A DNA stretch of 64,000 nucleotides from Candidatus Levyibacteriota bacterium (lineage in GTDB: Bacteria; Patescibacteriota; Microgenomatia; Levybacterales; UBA12049), in contig OY970292.1 of the NCBI GenBank assembly GCA_963716145.1, positions 204,104 through 268,103 of the forward strand, read 5' to 3'. This document shows positions 8,563-17,247 of this stretch, piece after piece (position 1 is the first letter of the stretch; every line of letters begins with the position of its first letter). Under the pieces are notes generated by a model that was not told the origin of the DNA, made no database searches, and saw only the letters and a list, made by a program, of their open reading frames with translations. The position numbers and the translations under genes are program-made.

Positions 8563-8792
8563 GTTTTTACAAAAACAAAAAACTAAGAACCCAGAACTCA
8601 AAACTAAGAACGCTATTTCTTGCACGTTCTAAGTCCTAAGTTCTTTGTTCTCAGTTGTCCTTTTGGGACAAGGACATTATATCAACCATACTAACCATTG
8701 ACAAGCGAAATAATAAAGGAATAAACTGAAATTGGTTTAGATCGCCCGTCTTAGCTAAAGCTTCGGCGGACGAAGGAGGGAGGTGATACATA

Positions 8793-9455
8793 ATGGATTC
8801 TAATATCACAAACACTTTTCTTGCTTCATTGAATAAAGGTATTTATAGTACTGCGGCTTTCTTCCCCAACTTTTTAATCGGAATTGTACTTTTAATCATA
8901 GGCATTATTATAGCTTCGATCGTAAAACGGTTGTTGATTGAGCTATTTGGTGTTCTAAAAGTTGAGGTTTATTTGAAGCGTTACGGTATACCTGAGGCAA
9001 AGAAAGAATTTACGTGGACCAACATTTTGGCAGAAATTGCTAGATGGTTTGTAATTATTTTATTCTTAATCCCAACAGCTGATATTTGGGGCTTGCCACA
9101 AGTGACAGTTGTTCTTAATACATTCTTGCTTTATTTGCCAAATGTTTTCGCGGCAGCGATTATGGGGTTGGTTGGATTGGTTTTTGCGAGGCTTGCATCG
9201 GATGTAGTACTTGCATCAACCAGGACCTTATCACCCGACGCATCGCGCACAATCGCGTCAGTAACAAAAATAGCGATAACCGTATTTGTACTTCTCGCTG
9301 TTCTTAATCAACTGGGAGTAGCACAAGATTTGGTTAGGATACTATTTACCGGCGTTGTGGCGATGTTCGCGCTTGCCGGAGGAATTGCTTTCGGACTTGG
9401 AGGGCGTGACGCAGCGAAAGATGTAGTTGAAGAAGCTAGAAAAAAGCTGAAATAA
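8793..9455 (+). CDS. membrane protein with conserved TM-helix repeats (MscS-associated TM_helix-like)
   Basis: 220 aa with several TM helices and repeated hydrophobic modules. A sigma70-like promoter (TTGACA-18-TAAACT) sits upstream, and the leader has a hairpin and GGAGGGAGGTGAT RBS. Confidence 0.4.
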   Translation: MDSNITNTFLASLNKGIYSTAAFFPNFLIGIVLLIIGIIIASIVKRLLIELFGVLKVEVYLKRYGIPEAKKEFTWTNILAEIARWFVIILFLIPTADIWGLPQVTVVLNTFLLYLPNVFAAAIMGLVGLVFARLASDVVLASTRTLSPDASRTIASVTKIAITVFVLLAVLNQLGVAQDLVRILFTGVVAMFALAGGIAFGLGGRDAAKDVVEEARKKLK

Positions 9456-9457
9456 GC

Positions 9458-10399
9458 TTATTTCTGCTCTAAAAACGTATTAATAAGCCGGGCCACGTCA
9501 TTTGCTTTTTCAAAAAGCACTGCGTGCCCGGCTTGCTGCAGGACAATAAGCTTTGAGTTGGGGATTAGTTTGGCTGTTTTGATAGAATTTTCGGCAGGCA
9601 GCACTTTATCTTCTTTTCCGGCAATTAAAAGAGTTGGGGATTTTATAGAGGGTAAATAAAGCGTGCGTGAGTTTTCAATTTTTGTGTTTGAAAGCGCCTG
9701 TTCCTGCGCTATCTTAGCTTGAGTACTTTCTCCCGGACCGGAAAGTAATTCTCCTCTGTTTTGAGCAGATTTCAAACGCTGCAGATAATTATTTCTAGCT
9801 TGCAAATTTACGAAAAAATATGAGACATATGTATCCTCCCAACTTCCCCCAAGGTTTTCCTGAATAGCTATGGATACCTCTTTCGATCCTTCAATCTGCT
9901 GGTCTCCGCCCAGGGCAGTGCTGATCAAAACTAACCGATTTACACGGGTTGGGTAATGCTCAGCAATCTCTTCGGCAACAAAACTGCCAAGTGACCATCC
10001 CATGATATTGGCTTTTTTTATTTTTAGAGTATCCATCAGATGTATGACGTCCGTAGCCATCTCCTGGGTTGAATTGTTTACCTGACCTGTAGATGCCCCG
10101 ACTCCGCGGTAATCGTATGCAACCACTTCATTGTGAACAGAAAGCCTGCGAAGAAGTAATGGATCCCAATGCTGCATTGTCATCCCAAATCCGGGGAGCA
10201 AGATAAGAGGGTAGCCTTTACCACGGGTGAAGTAGGCAATCTTTGCTCCTTGTAAGTTTGCGGTTTTAACCTGGGCTTTAAAAGAAAAAAAGTGATTTAT
10301 CGCAAAGCATAGGCAAAAAACCGCAAAAAGTACCGTAGTTAACAAAACGTAAACATCATAATCCTTATTCATGAAGTTGTTACGGATTGTGTTTTTCAT
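9458..10399 (-). CDS. alpha/beta hydrolase fold protein
   Basis: 313 aa with an N-terminal TM helix and the nucleophile elbow GWSLGS (GxSxG); the C-terminal AGHAV fits a His of the catalytic triad. Confidence 0.65.
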   Translation of the reverse strand: MKNTIRNNFMNKDYDVYVLLTTVLFAVFCLCFAINHFFSFKAQVKTANLQGAKIAYFTRGKGYPLILLPGFGMTMQHWDPLLLRRLSVHNEVVAYDYRGVGASTGQVNNSTQEMATDVIHLMDTLKIKKANIMGWSLGSFVAEEIAEHYPTRVNRLVLISTALGGDQQIEGSKEVSIAIQENLGGSWEDTYVSYFFVNLQARNNYLQRLKSAQNRGELLSGPGESTQAKIAQEQALSNTKIENSRTLYLPSIKSPTLLIAGKEDKVLPAENSIKTAKLIPNSKLIVLQQAGHAVLFEKANDVARLINTFLEQK

Positions 10400-10427
10400 T
10401 CGTGGTCTGCAAATGCTTGCCCAATTG

Positions 10428-10501
10428 TACCGCGTAGGGGAGTCGAACCCCTGATTCCTTGGATGAAAACCAAGTGTCCTAGGCCACTAGACGAACGCGG
10501 C
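10428..10501 (-). tRNA. tRNA-Glu (anticodon UUC)
   Basis: Manual fold: acceptor GCCGCGU, D-arm GUCUAGUGGCCUAGGAC, anticodon loop UUUUCAU, T-arm AGGGG-UUCGACU-CCCCU. Confidence 0.75.
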
Positions 10502-10579
10502 GTATTCTATCACATGCTTATTTTAACAAATTGACGCTTATTTGTCAGTAAGTCTTATCACCAATGATATAATCAGGTT

Positions 10580-11089
10580 ATGAAACTAATCCTCCCGTCC
10601 ATACAGTATCAGCTGGGTTATCTTCAAGCAATAGAGGAAGCAGGAGATGAAAGTGGCCCTACTGTTATTGGTCATCCAAAAGAGGGTCAATCTTTTGAAG
10701 AGTTTGTAAAAAATAAAATAGAAGAATCACTTGGCTTACATCTGCCCGAAGGCTGGGTACCGGCTACTGAATTATGGCTGATAGATGATACGGAATTTAT
10801 TGGTGCGGTCAACATCCGGCATAGACTAACAGCGCACCTGCTCCATGTGGGTGGTCATATCGGCTACTGGATCCGGCCAACACAGCGAAATAAGGGTTAT
10901 GGAAAACAAATTCTTAAGCTGGCGTTAATTGAGACAAAAAAGCTAGGTATAAATCGGGCACTTGTAACTTGCGATGATACCAATCAGGGTTCACGCAAAA
11001 TAATTGAGGCCAATGGAGGAATCCTGGAAAGTATTGTTGATAACGGCCCTGACAATCCTAAAAAAAGAAGATATTGGATAGATATTTAG
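10580..11089 (+). CDS. GNAT-family N-acetyltransferase
   Basis: 169 aa with the acetyl-CoA-binding segment RNKGYGKQILKLALIETKKLGINRALVTCD (the R/Q-x-x-G-x-G/A pattern). A TATAAT lies only about 7 nt before the ATG, so the mRNA may be leaderless. Confidence 0.7.
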   Translation: MKLILPSIQYQLGYLQAIEEAGDESGPTVIGHPKEGQSFEEFVKNKIEESLGLHLPEGWVPATELWLIDDTEFIGAVNIRHRLTAHLLHVGGHIGYWIRPTQRNKGYGKQILKLALIETKKLGINRALVTCDDTNQGSRKIIEANGGILESIVDNGPDNPKKRRYWIDI

Positions 11090-11121
11090 TAATTATACAG
11101 TATAAGTTTATCCTTAAAATA

Positions 11122-13248
11122 TTAACTCAGCCCAATAAATCTTTTAACTCTTTCTTTAAATGCCCTAACAAGATCTCTTACCCGCTCCGTCAGATTGTGC
11201 CAGTTGTCTTTCATTTTCTGGATAAATGTTTTTGCATCCTCAATAGCAGCGGAAGAATTGTCTTTTGCAACTTCAGACTCAATGCTCTCAGTTTGGTCCG
11301 TAACGTGCTTAACTTCCTCTGTATCCCGTGCTGTTTCTGCGCTTGTAGGTTGAGTGGCAATCTCCGGTTTTTTCTCAACTTCTTTTACAATCGGTTTCTC
11401 AGCTTGCAGTTCCTTTAGGTAGGGAAACAATTCATATATTGTTTCCTGATCAACCATTTGATTCAGCTCAGCAACATTATTTTTATCCCAATCGCTATGG
11501 ACGATTTTTCCCGAAACTATTGACTTGGGACGTTTTTCAGCCAAGCCCGAATCAAGGCTGATTCTAATTCCGGATTTTCTACCGTTTTCCAAATGGTAAG
11601 TCCCGTTCGTATCTCGTATCAAAAGCTTGTCTATAAGCCCTGCTAGCATACTGTTTTGTATATCAGCACTCTGATTTCCCTCTCCTGATAATTTGACTTC
11701 AGGATATAGATTTCCTCTGATTTTTACCAAGTCACGCCTCATAGCAGCTGCTCCCATGAGGACAGACACATTTATCCCGGAATTTTCCATCTCTGTGAAT
11801 TTCTCATTTTTTTGTGTTCCGGAAAGGTTATTATCATAGTGTACTTTTACAAATTGATTCCAAATCTCAAGTATTGCGAGAAAATCTGATTCCGGATGAG
11901 TAAATTTATCTTTAGCGGCGTCTCTCTTGAAAAGAGATCTGTCGGAGTTCATAATACCGATCAGTATCGCGACAGCGTCATCGCAGCCTCTTTTTTCAGC
12001 TTCATAAAGCATACGGGCAAAATGAGGTGCGGTTTCCCGGTCAGCCATATATCTTCCAATGTCTGTGAGCTTTTCATTTTTGTCCAGCGCGCCCAATTTC
12101 TGAAGCCTCTGGAATGCAGCGTCTATGTGAGACGGAATTTTATCTCCCTCGAATTCAAAATTTCGTATATCTGAATATCCTGCCGCAATCAATGCCAAAA
12201 CGTCATTTGTCAGGTCGGAGTCTTCTCTGTCTTCAGGAGGGAATTCAGCTTTATTGTTGAGGTCAGCTTCAGTAAATAAGAAATGAGCAGTTCCTTTTCC
12301 AGTTCTTCCTGTTCGTTTGGATTGCTGTTCGGCGCTATCTTTTGAGATTCTAACTGTCTTCCAGTGCTCAATTCCGGTTAACGGATCAATAGTTCTGATT
12401 TTTCTCCATCCGGAAACAATTACAGTGTCGCATTTTGGATCAATACCTTCTTCAAGCGCGTTTGTCGCGGCGATAATTTTTGTCTTATCAGTTGTTTTAT
12501 TTATTCTCTCAAGCGTGTCTGTGTCTTTTCCCATGACTCTGATAATTTCAAGATCATCAGCGTTTATTACTGTAGATGCCTTAAGACGCTCGATAAATTT
12601 ATCAAGTTCGCTTCCACCTGGTAAGAAGGTAAGCATATTCCCTTTTTTTCCTTCCGTTATTAATTCTTCGACCAATTTAGCGGCATCTTCAGGAGCATTT
12701 TTTGCGGAAGAGGATGTGTGCCACTCTGGAGTAAGATCATATTTTCTTCCTTCTATTTTTAATTCACCCATCCCGGGAAACATGCTGTGAAGGCGTTCGC
12801 GAGCTACATCGGCAGTACCGGTTGCGAAAATAATTACTAAGTCAGGATTTAGTTCCTGTGCCCTTTTAAGAAGGGGTTTGAGTATTCCCATGTAGCGGTG
12901 AGCTTCATCAACAATCACACCACTCCAGCCTTCAAGCGAGGGATTTGCGATAAGTCTATTGATCAGTGTCTGCTCAACCGCAAAATCAATTCTAGCAGTG
13001 GCAGGCGCCTTATTGTCTACGTTACTATAGCCCACTACATCATCTCCAAGCCGATCTTTGAGAGTCATTTCTTTAGGGTTTTGTGGTTTCCCTGCTTCTC
13101 GTGGTCCATTACTTCCCAATTGCTTTACCAAATTTTTTCGCGATTCAGAAACGATAATTCTCGCATTGGGATTAGTTTCCATCAGCAAATCCAATAACGC
13201 TACGGGTAATCCAAGAGACTTACCTGCTCCAGGCTCAGCATTTATCAA
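11122..13248 (-). CDS. DEAH-box ATP-dependent helicase (HrpB/HrpA-like)
   Basis: 708 aa with Walker A AEPGAGKS at the N-terminus and motif II VIVDEAHRY. The annotated start is TTG at 13248. The reading frame is open for about 60 further codons upstream and still protein-like (…LSGLPVIQKLDSV…), so the true start is probably further upstream (see findings). Confidence 0.75.
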   Translation of the reverse strand: MINAEPGAGKSLGLPVALLDLLMETNPNARIIVSESRKNLVKQLGSNGPREAGKPQNPKEMTLKDRLGDDVVGYSNVDNKAPATARIDFAVEQTLINRLIANPSLEGWSGVIVDEAHRYMGILKPLLKRAQELNPDLVIIFATGTADVARERLHSMFPGMGELKIEGRKYDLTPEWHTSSSAKNAPEDAAKLVEELITEGKKGNMLTFLPGGSELDKFIERLKASTVINADDLEIIRVMGKDTDTLERINKTTDKTKIIAATNALEEGIDPKCDTVIVSGWRKIRTIDPLTGIEHWKTVRISKDSAEQQSKRTGRTGKGTAHFLFTEADLNNKAEFPPEDREDSDLTNDVLALIAAGYSDIRNFEFEGDKIPSHIDAAFQRLQKLGALDKNEKLTDIGRYMADRETAPHFARMLYEAEKRGCDDAVAILIGIMNSDRSLFKRDAAKDKFTHPESDFLAILEIWNQFVKVHYDNNLSGTQKNEKFTEMENSGINVSVLMGAAAMRRDLVKIRGNLYPEVKLSGEGNQSADIQNSMLAGLIDKLLIRDTNGTYHLENGRKSGIRISLDSGLAEKRPKSIVSGKIVHSDWDKNNVAELNQMVDQETIYELFPYLKELQAEKPIVKEVEKKPEIATQPTSAETARDTEEVKHVTDQTESIESEVAKDNSSAAIEDAKTFIQKMKDNWHNLTERVRDLVRAFKERVKRFIGLS

Positions 13249-13518
13249 ATTTACTTTATTTGTTCTGATATTTTTTTGAACAGAGTCAAGTTTTTGAATA
13301 ACAGGAAGCCCGCTAAGTGCCTCTAGGGCTTCTCCTATGTTTATTTTTAATTGTTCGGGAGTGGTTCCCGCTTCAGGAGCTCGTGCCCCCCCTCCACAGA
13401 TGTTAATGACATACTCAGATCATAGCATATTCGTACTTTATTTCGGTGGGTTTTGAGGTAATTTAAAAATTAAGGAAATAATAAAACTGAAGAGAATCCG
13501 AAGAAGACTGGGACCTTA

Positions 13519-13567
13519 TTCCTAAAAATTGATGCGGAAATGCTTAGAGCAACTTTCCGCATCAATT
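13519..13567 (-). terminator. intrinsic terminator downstream of the DUF378 gene
   Basis: A perfect 14-bp stem (AATTGATGCGGAAA / TTTCCGCATCAATT) with a 13-nt loop, followed on the minus strand by TTTTTAGG. Confidence 0.6.
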
Positions 13568-13581
13568 AAAATATTGCGAAA

Positions 13582-13791
13582 TTATTTACCTCCGCAGACT
13601 TTGCAATCCCCCTTGTGGGTAACTGCAAGCCAGACAGCTGAAACTCCGACCAGAATGTAAACAATTTGTGTTAGTCCTGAGACAGAAGCAAAAAGGGATT
13701 CGACTAAATTGTATTGAAACAATCCGACCAAACCCCAGTTAAGTCCTCCAACAACAAGCAATATAAATGCAACCATGTGTAATGTCTTCAT
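13582..13791 (-). CDS. DUF378-family small membrane protein
   Basis: MKTLHMVAFILLVVGGLNWGLVGLF... matches the DUF378 (YuzA-like) pattern. The start is the ATG at 13791, 4-5 nt after the GGGGGTGAT RBS; the GTG at 13800 lies inside the SD. Confidence 0.6.
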   Translation of the reverse strand: MKTLHMVAFILLVVGGLNWGLVGLFQYNLVESLFASVSGLTQIVYILVGVSAVWLAVTHKGDCKVCGGK

Positions 13792-13896
13792 CAATATCAC
13801 CCCCTTTGTCCGCCGAAGCTTTATGCGTAGGCGGATTTGTATCTATCTCAAGTGAAGCACCAAAAAAATGCGAAGTCAATATATCAAAATTGGAAG

Positions 13897-14331
13897 TTAT
13901 TTTTTGCTTGAGGTATCAGTGATTTTATTATTTCTTTCGGAAAGTAAAGCAAAGCAGCCTGCTATTAATACCAAATTTTTAAGTACTGATTCACCAGCCG
14001 CAGATAAGACCGGAAATCTCGGATCAAATCCTTGAGTTATTAATACCAGTATAGTAATCAGCAACAAGCTTATTGCTGCAACGATTGACGCGATTCTATC
14101 AAGTTTGTTACTAAGAAAGGAAGCGCCTAAAAGAATTTCGATAAAAGAAACCAGGAAGCTAAGAAACTGAGATTGGCCAAGTGCTGTTGGCAGAGAATTT
14201 TGGAGAATAATTAAGCTAGGACTTACGGCAAACAATTTTAAAACCCCAAACCACAAAAAAACAATGCCCAAAGACAGGCGGAGTAATAGCATTGACCGTT
14301 TATGAAAAAACTCCATATTTGTATTATACAC
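13897..14331 (-). CDS. DoxX-family membrane protein
   Basis: 144 aa with four TM helices; LSLGIVFLWFGVLKLF is typical of DoxX. Confidence 0.5.
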   Translation of the reverse strand: MYNTNMEFFHKRSMLLLRLSLGIVFLWFGVLKLFAVSPSLIILQNSLPTALGQSQFLSFLVSFIEILLGASFLSNKLDRIASIVAAISLLLITILVLITQGFDPRFPVLSAAGESVLKNLVLIAGCFALLSERNNKITDTSSKK

Positions 14332-14390
14332 AAAATAATTATCTATTATAAGTAATTGTAAAACGCAGCATTTCGTCGTATAATCAGTAG

Positions 14391-14861
14391 GTGAGTAAGA
14401 ATTTTTTAATTGCAGTAGTTGTAGGGATTGTATTTTTGGCAGTAGTTATCTTCTTTGCTTTTGGTTTAAATGGAAAACCTTCAGAAACATCTCCGATTGA
14501 AACATTCACGCAAACAACCGATACAAAAATTCCTGAAGATTTAAAAATTGAAGATACAAAGGTGGGAACCGGTTCAGCGGTAAAATCCGGTGACAATATT
14601 GTGATAAATTATCTAGGCACACTTTCTGATGGAACCAAATTCGATAGTTCATATGATAGGGGTACACCATTTGAGACGCAGATCGGAGTTGGGCAAGTTA
14701 TAAAAGGTTGGGATCTTGGAGTAATTGGAATGAAAGTCGGTGGTAAAAGAAAACTGACAATCCCGCCGGAATTAGGTTATGGTTCCCAGGCCACTGGTAG
14801 TATTCCTGCAAACTCAATCCTTATCTTCGAAGTTGAGTTGATGGAGATAAATTCAAAATAG
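14391..14861 (+). CDS. FKBP-type peptidyl-prolyl cis-trans isomerase (membrane-anchored)
   Basis: 156 aa: an N-terminal TM helix, then an FKBP domain (GTKFDSSYDRGTPFETQIGVGQVIKGWDLGVIGMKVGGKRKLTIPPELGYG). Confidence 0.85.
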   Translation: MSKNFLIAVVVGIVFLAVVIFFAFGLNGKPSETSPIETFTQTTDTKIPEDLKIEDTKVGTGSAVKSGDNIVINYLGTLSDGTKFDSSYDRGTPFETQIGVGQVIKGWDLGVIGMKVGGKRKLTIPPELGYGSQATGSIPANSILIFEVELMEINSK

Positions 14862-14878
14862 GGGGTGATTGATTATGG

Positions 14879-15091
14879 ATGAAAATACAACAATTACAAC
14901 AACTAAAAAAACCTACGTCTGCAATCTGCTCCTGCGGAGCTGTTGTAAGTGAAGAGGAGTACAATAACGGACTTACAGTCTGCGGTGCGGAGGTTTGCAC
15001 TATGAAGGGACAACCTTTTGTTGAAAAGGTAACAGAAACAGTGGTAGTGGATAAAGCCAATAACGACGAGGACGTTGTCATAAATAATTAG
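14879..15091 (+). CDS. small cysteine-containing hypothetical protein
   Basis: 70 aa with four Cys (CSCG...C...C), preceded by the GGGGGTGAT RBS. The ATG at 14875 in another frame gives only a 26-aa peptide. Confidence 0.3.
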   Translation: MKIQQLQQLKKPTSAICSCGAVVSEEEYNNGLTVCGAEVCTMKGQPFVEKVTETVVVDKANNDEDVVINN

Positions 15092-15194
15092 TTAGAATTT
15101 AGAGTTTTTTTGATAGTTTTGGAGAGTAGATTTTAATTCCTCAATTTTTTCTGTTTTCATTAACTTGTCTCTGAAGGCTCCGGATTCCGGGAAA

Positions 15195-16061
15195 TTACTT
15201 ATATATGTCTTGGCAAATTTTTTTAGACTGGCAAAATTTCGGTTTCCCCTCCCACTGTTGTTCAAAAAGATCAATATGGTGAAGAAAGAGATTTATCCGT
15301 TGATCAATGGTTATTTTTTCCATAGTAACTTTTTTATTAAATAGCCAAGGGTTTGCAAATATTCCGGTTCCTATCATGTAGCCATCAGCTCCAAAATCTT
15401 TATATTTCTTATTCACTTCCTCAAGTGAATTTATATCTCCATTACCGATAACTATTGTTTTGGACGATATCTTGTCGCGAAGTTTAATAATTTTTGGCAT
15501 TAATTCCCAATGCGCGGGGACTTTGGACATCTCAGAAACCGTACGCAGATGAATACTAAGAGCTGCAAGATTTTGAGTAAGAAGTAAGCCAATCCATTCA
15601 TCCAGCAGTATTGAATTAAGTCCTATTCTGGTCTTAACGCTAACGGGCAAGTTACCCGCACCATTTATAGTAGCTTGTATGATTTCCAGAGCTAAAGCAG
15701 GTGTTTTGATAAGCCCTCCGCAGGCTCCATGTTTGGTAACTGCCCTCACGGGGCAACCCATATTGATATCTATTCCGGCAAAATCCGATTTGCTTAACTC
15801 TTTTGCAACTTTATAAAACTCTTTGGGATCAGTGCCCCAAATCTGAGCGACAACCGGTAATTGGTTCTTGTTGGTGCGCAAACTCTCCGCTACTCTTTCC
15901 CGTCCCGTAGACAGAAGGCCAGCTATAGATGTAAATTCGGTAAAAAATACATCAGGGCGTCCTATCTCTGATATTATTTGGCGGAAAACCACATCGGTAA
16001 CCCCTTCCATAGGTGCAAGTACAGTAAAAGGATGCGGCAAATCCTGCCAGAATGATTTCAT
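15195..16061 (-). CDS. dus: tRNA-dihydrouridine synthase
   Basis: 288 aa with LAPMEGVTDVVFRQI...INMGCP...HGACGGLIK, the Dus family signature. Confidence 0.8.
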   Translation of the reverse strand: MKSFWQDLPHPFTVLAPMEGVTDVVFRQIISEIGRPDVFFTEFTSIAGLLSTGRERVAESLRTNKNQLPVVAQIWGTDPKEFYKVAKELSKSDFAGIDINMGCPVRAVTKHGACGGLIKTPALALEIIQATINGAGNLPVSVKTRIGLNSILLDEWIGLLLTQNLAALSIHLRTVSEMSKVPAHWELMPKIIKLRDKISSKTIVIGNGDINSLEEVNKKYKDFGADGYMIGTGIFANPWLFNKKVTMEKITIDQRINLFLHHIDLFEQQWEGKPKFCQSKKICQDIYK

Positions 16062-16085
16062 AGTGGTTATTATACAGTACCGAGG

Positions 16086-16421
16086 CTATTTTATTTTTAG
16101 AAGTTCGACTTCAAATATAAGCGTTGCGTCACCGGGGATGTCGGGATCAACTCCGTAACGCCCGTAAGCGAGTTCCGGCGGGATTGTCAGTTTTCTTTTA
16201 CCACCGACTTTCATTCCCGGAATTCCCATATCCCAACCTTTAATCACATATCCGGCTCCGATACGTACCTCAAACGGGACATCGCGGTCATATGAGCTGT
16301 CAAATTTTGTGCCGTCCATCAACCAGCCGGTATAATGCATGGACACAAGATCATTATCTTTTACTCCTTCTCCTTTGCCCACCACCAGATCCTCAATCTT
16401 CAAGCTATTATCTTTTCCCAT
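16086..16421 (-). CDS. FKBP-type peptidyl-prolyl cis-trans isomerase (soluble paralog)
   Basis: 111-aa FKBP domain. It shares a 45-nt perfectly identical DNA block with the FKBP gene at 14391-14861, in inverted orientation. Confidence 0.85.
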   Translation of the reverse strand: MGKDNSLKIEDLVVGKGEGVKDNDLVSMHYTGWLMDGTKFDSSYDRDVPFEVRIGAGYVIKGWDMGIPGMKVGGKRKLTIPPELAYGRYGVDPDIPGDATLIFEVELLKIK

Positions 16422-16573
16422 TGTAATAATTATATGGTATTAAATGTGTAAAGCATAGTAAGAGTATTGTAAGCGGTAGTCGAGTGTCTGACTTTTATTA
16501 CACTATTTTTACTTTAGATTTACCCCGTTGTTACTTCAGGCAGTTATAGTTTAAAAAATGTTAATGAAAGGGG

Positions 16574-17161
16574 GTGAGATACATGGGAAAAATGGTATTT
16601 GGAGTATTTAATGATAGAAGCAATGCGGAAGCAGCAATAGGCGAACTCGAAACGGAAGGATTTAATCCCAAAGATGTTTCGATCGTTGTGCAAAGTACGC
16701 AAGACGCTGAAGCAATTGCAAACAATACCGGAGCAACTGTTGCAGGCGGAACTGTTTCCGGCGCTACAACAGGAGCTGTTGTAGGAGGACTGGCAGGGCT
16801 TCTAATCGGAATTGGAGCGATAGCCGTTCCGGGCCTAGGAGCATTATTGATAGGAGGCCCTCTAGCTGTTGCTTTAGGATTAAGCGGCACAGCAGCTGCG
16901 ACAGTAACAGGCGCGGCAACCGGTGCTTTGGCAGGCGGATTGATTGGTGCGTTAGTCGGCATTGGTGTTCCTGAAGAGGATGCACGAATTTACGAGGACA
17001 ACATAAAAAGAGGAGCAATTCTTGTTGCAGTACCCGCTATGGCGGGCGAACATCGGGAAGCCAGCGCTGTATTAAGAGATAATGGGGCAGAGCAAGTAAA
17101 ATCCGTGGACATGAGAGATGCTCATGCTAATAACGATATGCATCATACAGCACAAATGTAA
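16574..17161 (+). CDS. general stress protein, YflT/DUF1269-like with glycine-zipper membrane segment
   Basis: 195 aa: the N-terminal VFGVFNDRSNAEAAIGELETEGF and C-terminal IYEDNIKRGAILVAV resemble YflT. The central region is a long Gly/Ala zipper (GxxxG repeats). Confidence 0.45.
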   Translation: MRYMGKMVFGVFNDRSNAEAAIGELETEGFNPKDVSIVVQSTQDAEAIANNTGATVAGGTVSGATTGAVVGGLAGLLIGIGAIAVPGLGALLIGGPLAVALGLSGTAAATVTGAATGALAGGLIGALVGIGVPEEDARIYEDNIKRGAILVAVPAMAGEHREASAVLRDNGAEQVKSVDMRDAHANNDMHHTAQM

Positions 17162-17247
17162 TATGGATGTGGGTGTGGTGCATGAAAAAATCCAGGTGAG
17201 CCACCTCAGGTGTGCTCATCTGGATTGGCTTGCGGGATTTACAAGAT

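Noticed and set aside
14384-14596. 70-aa minus ORF
   Set aside because: It lies antisense within the FKBP gene.
16561-16962. Pro/Ala-rich 133-aa antisense ORF
   Set aside because: It is the reverse complement of the GC-richer Gly/Ala-zipper coding region, so it is an artefact of that composition.
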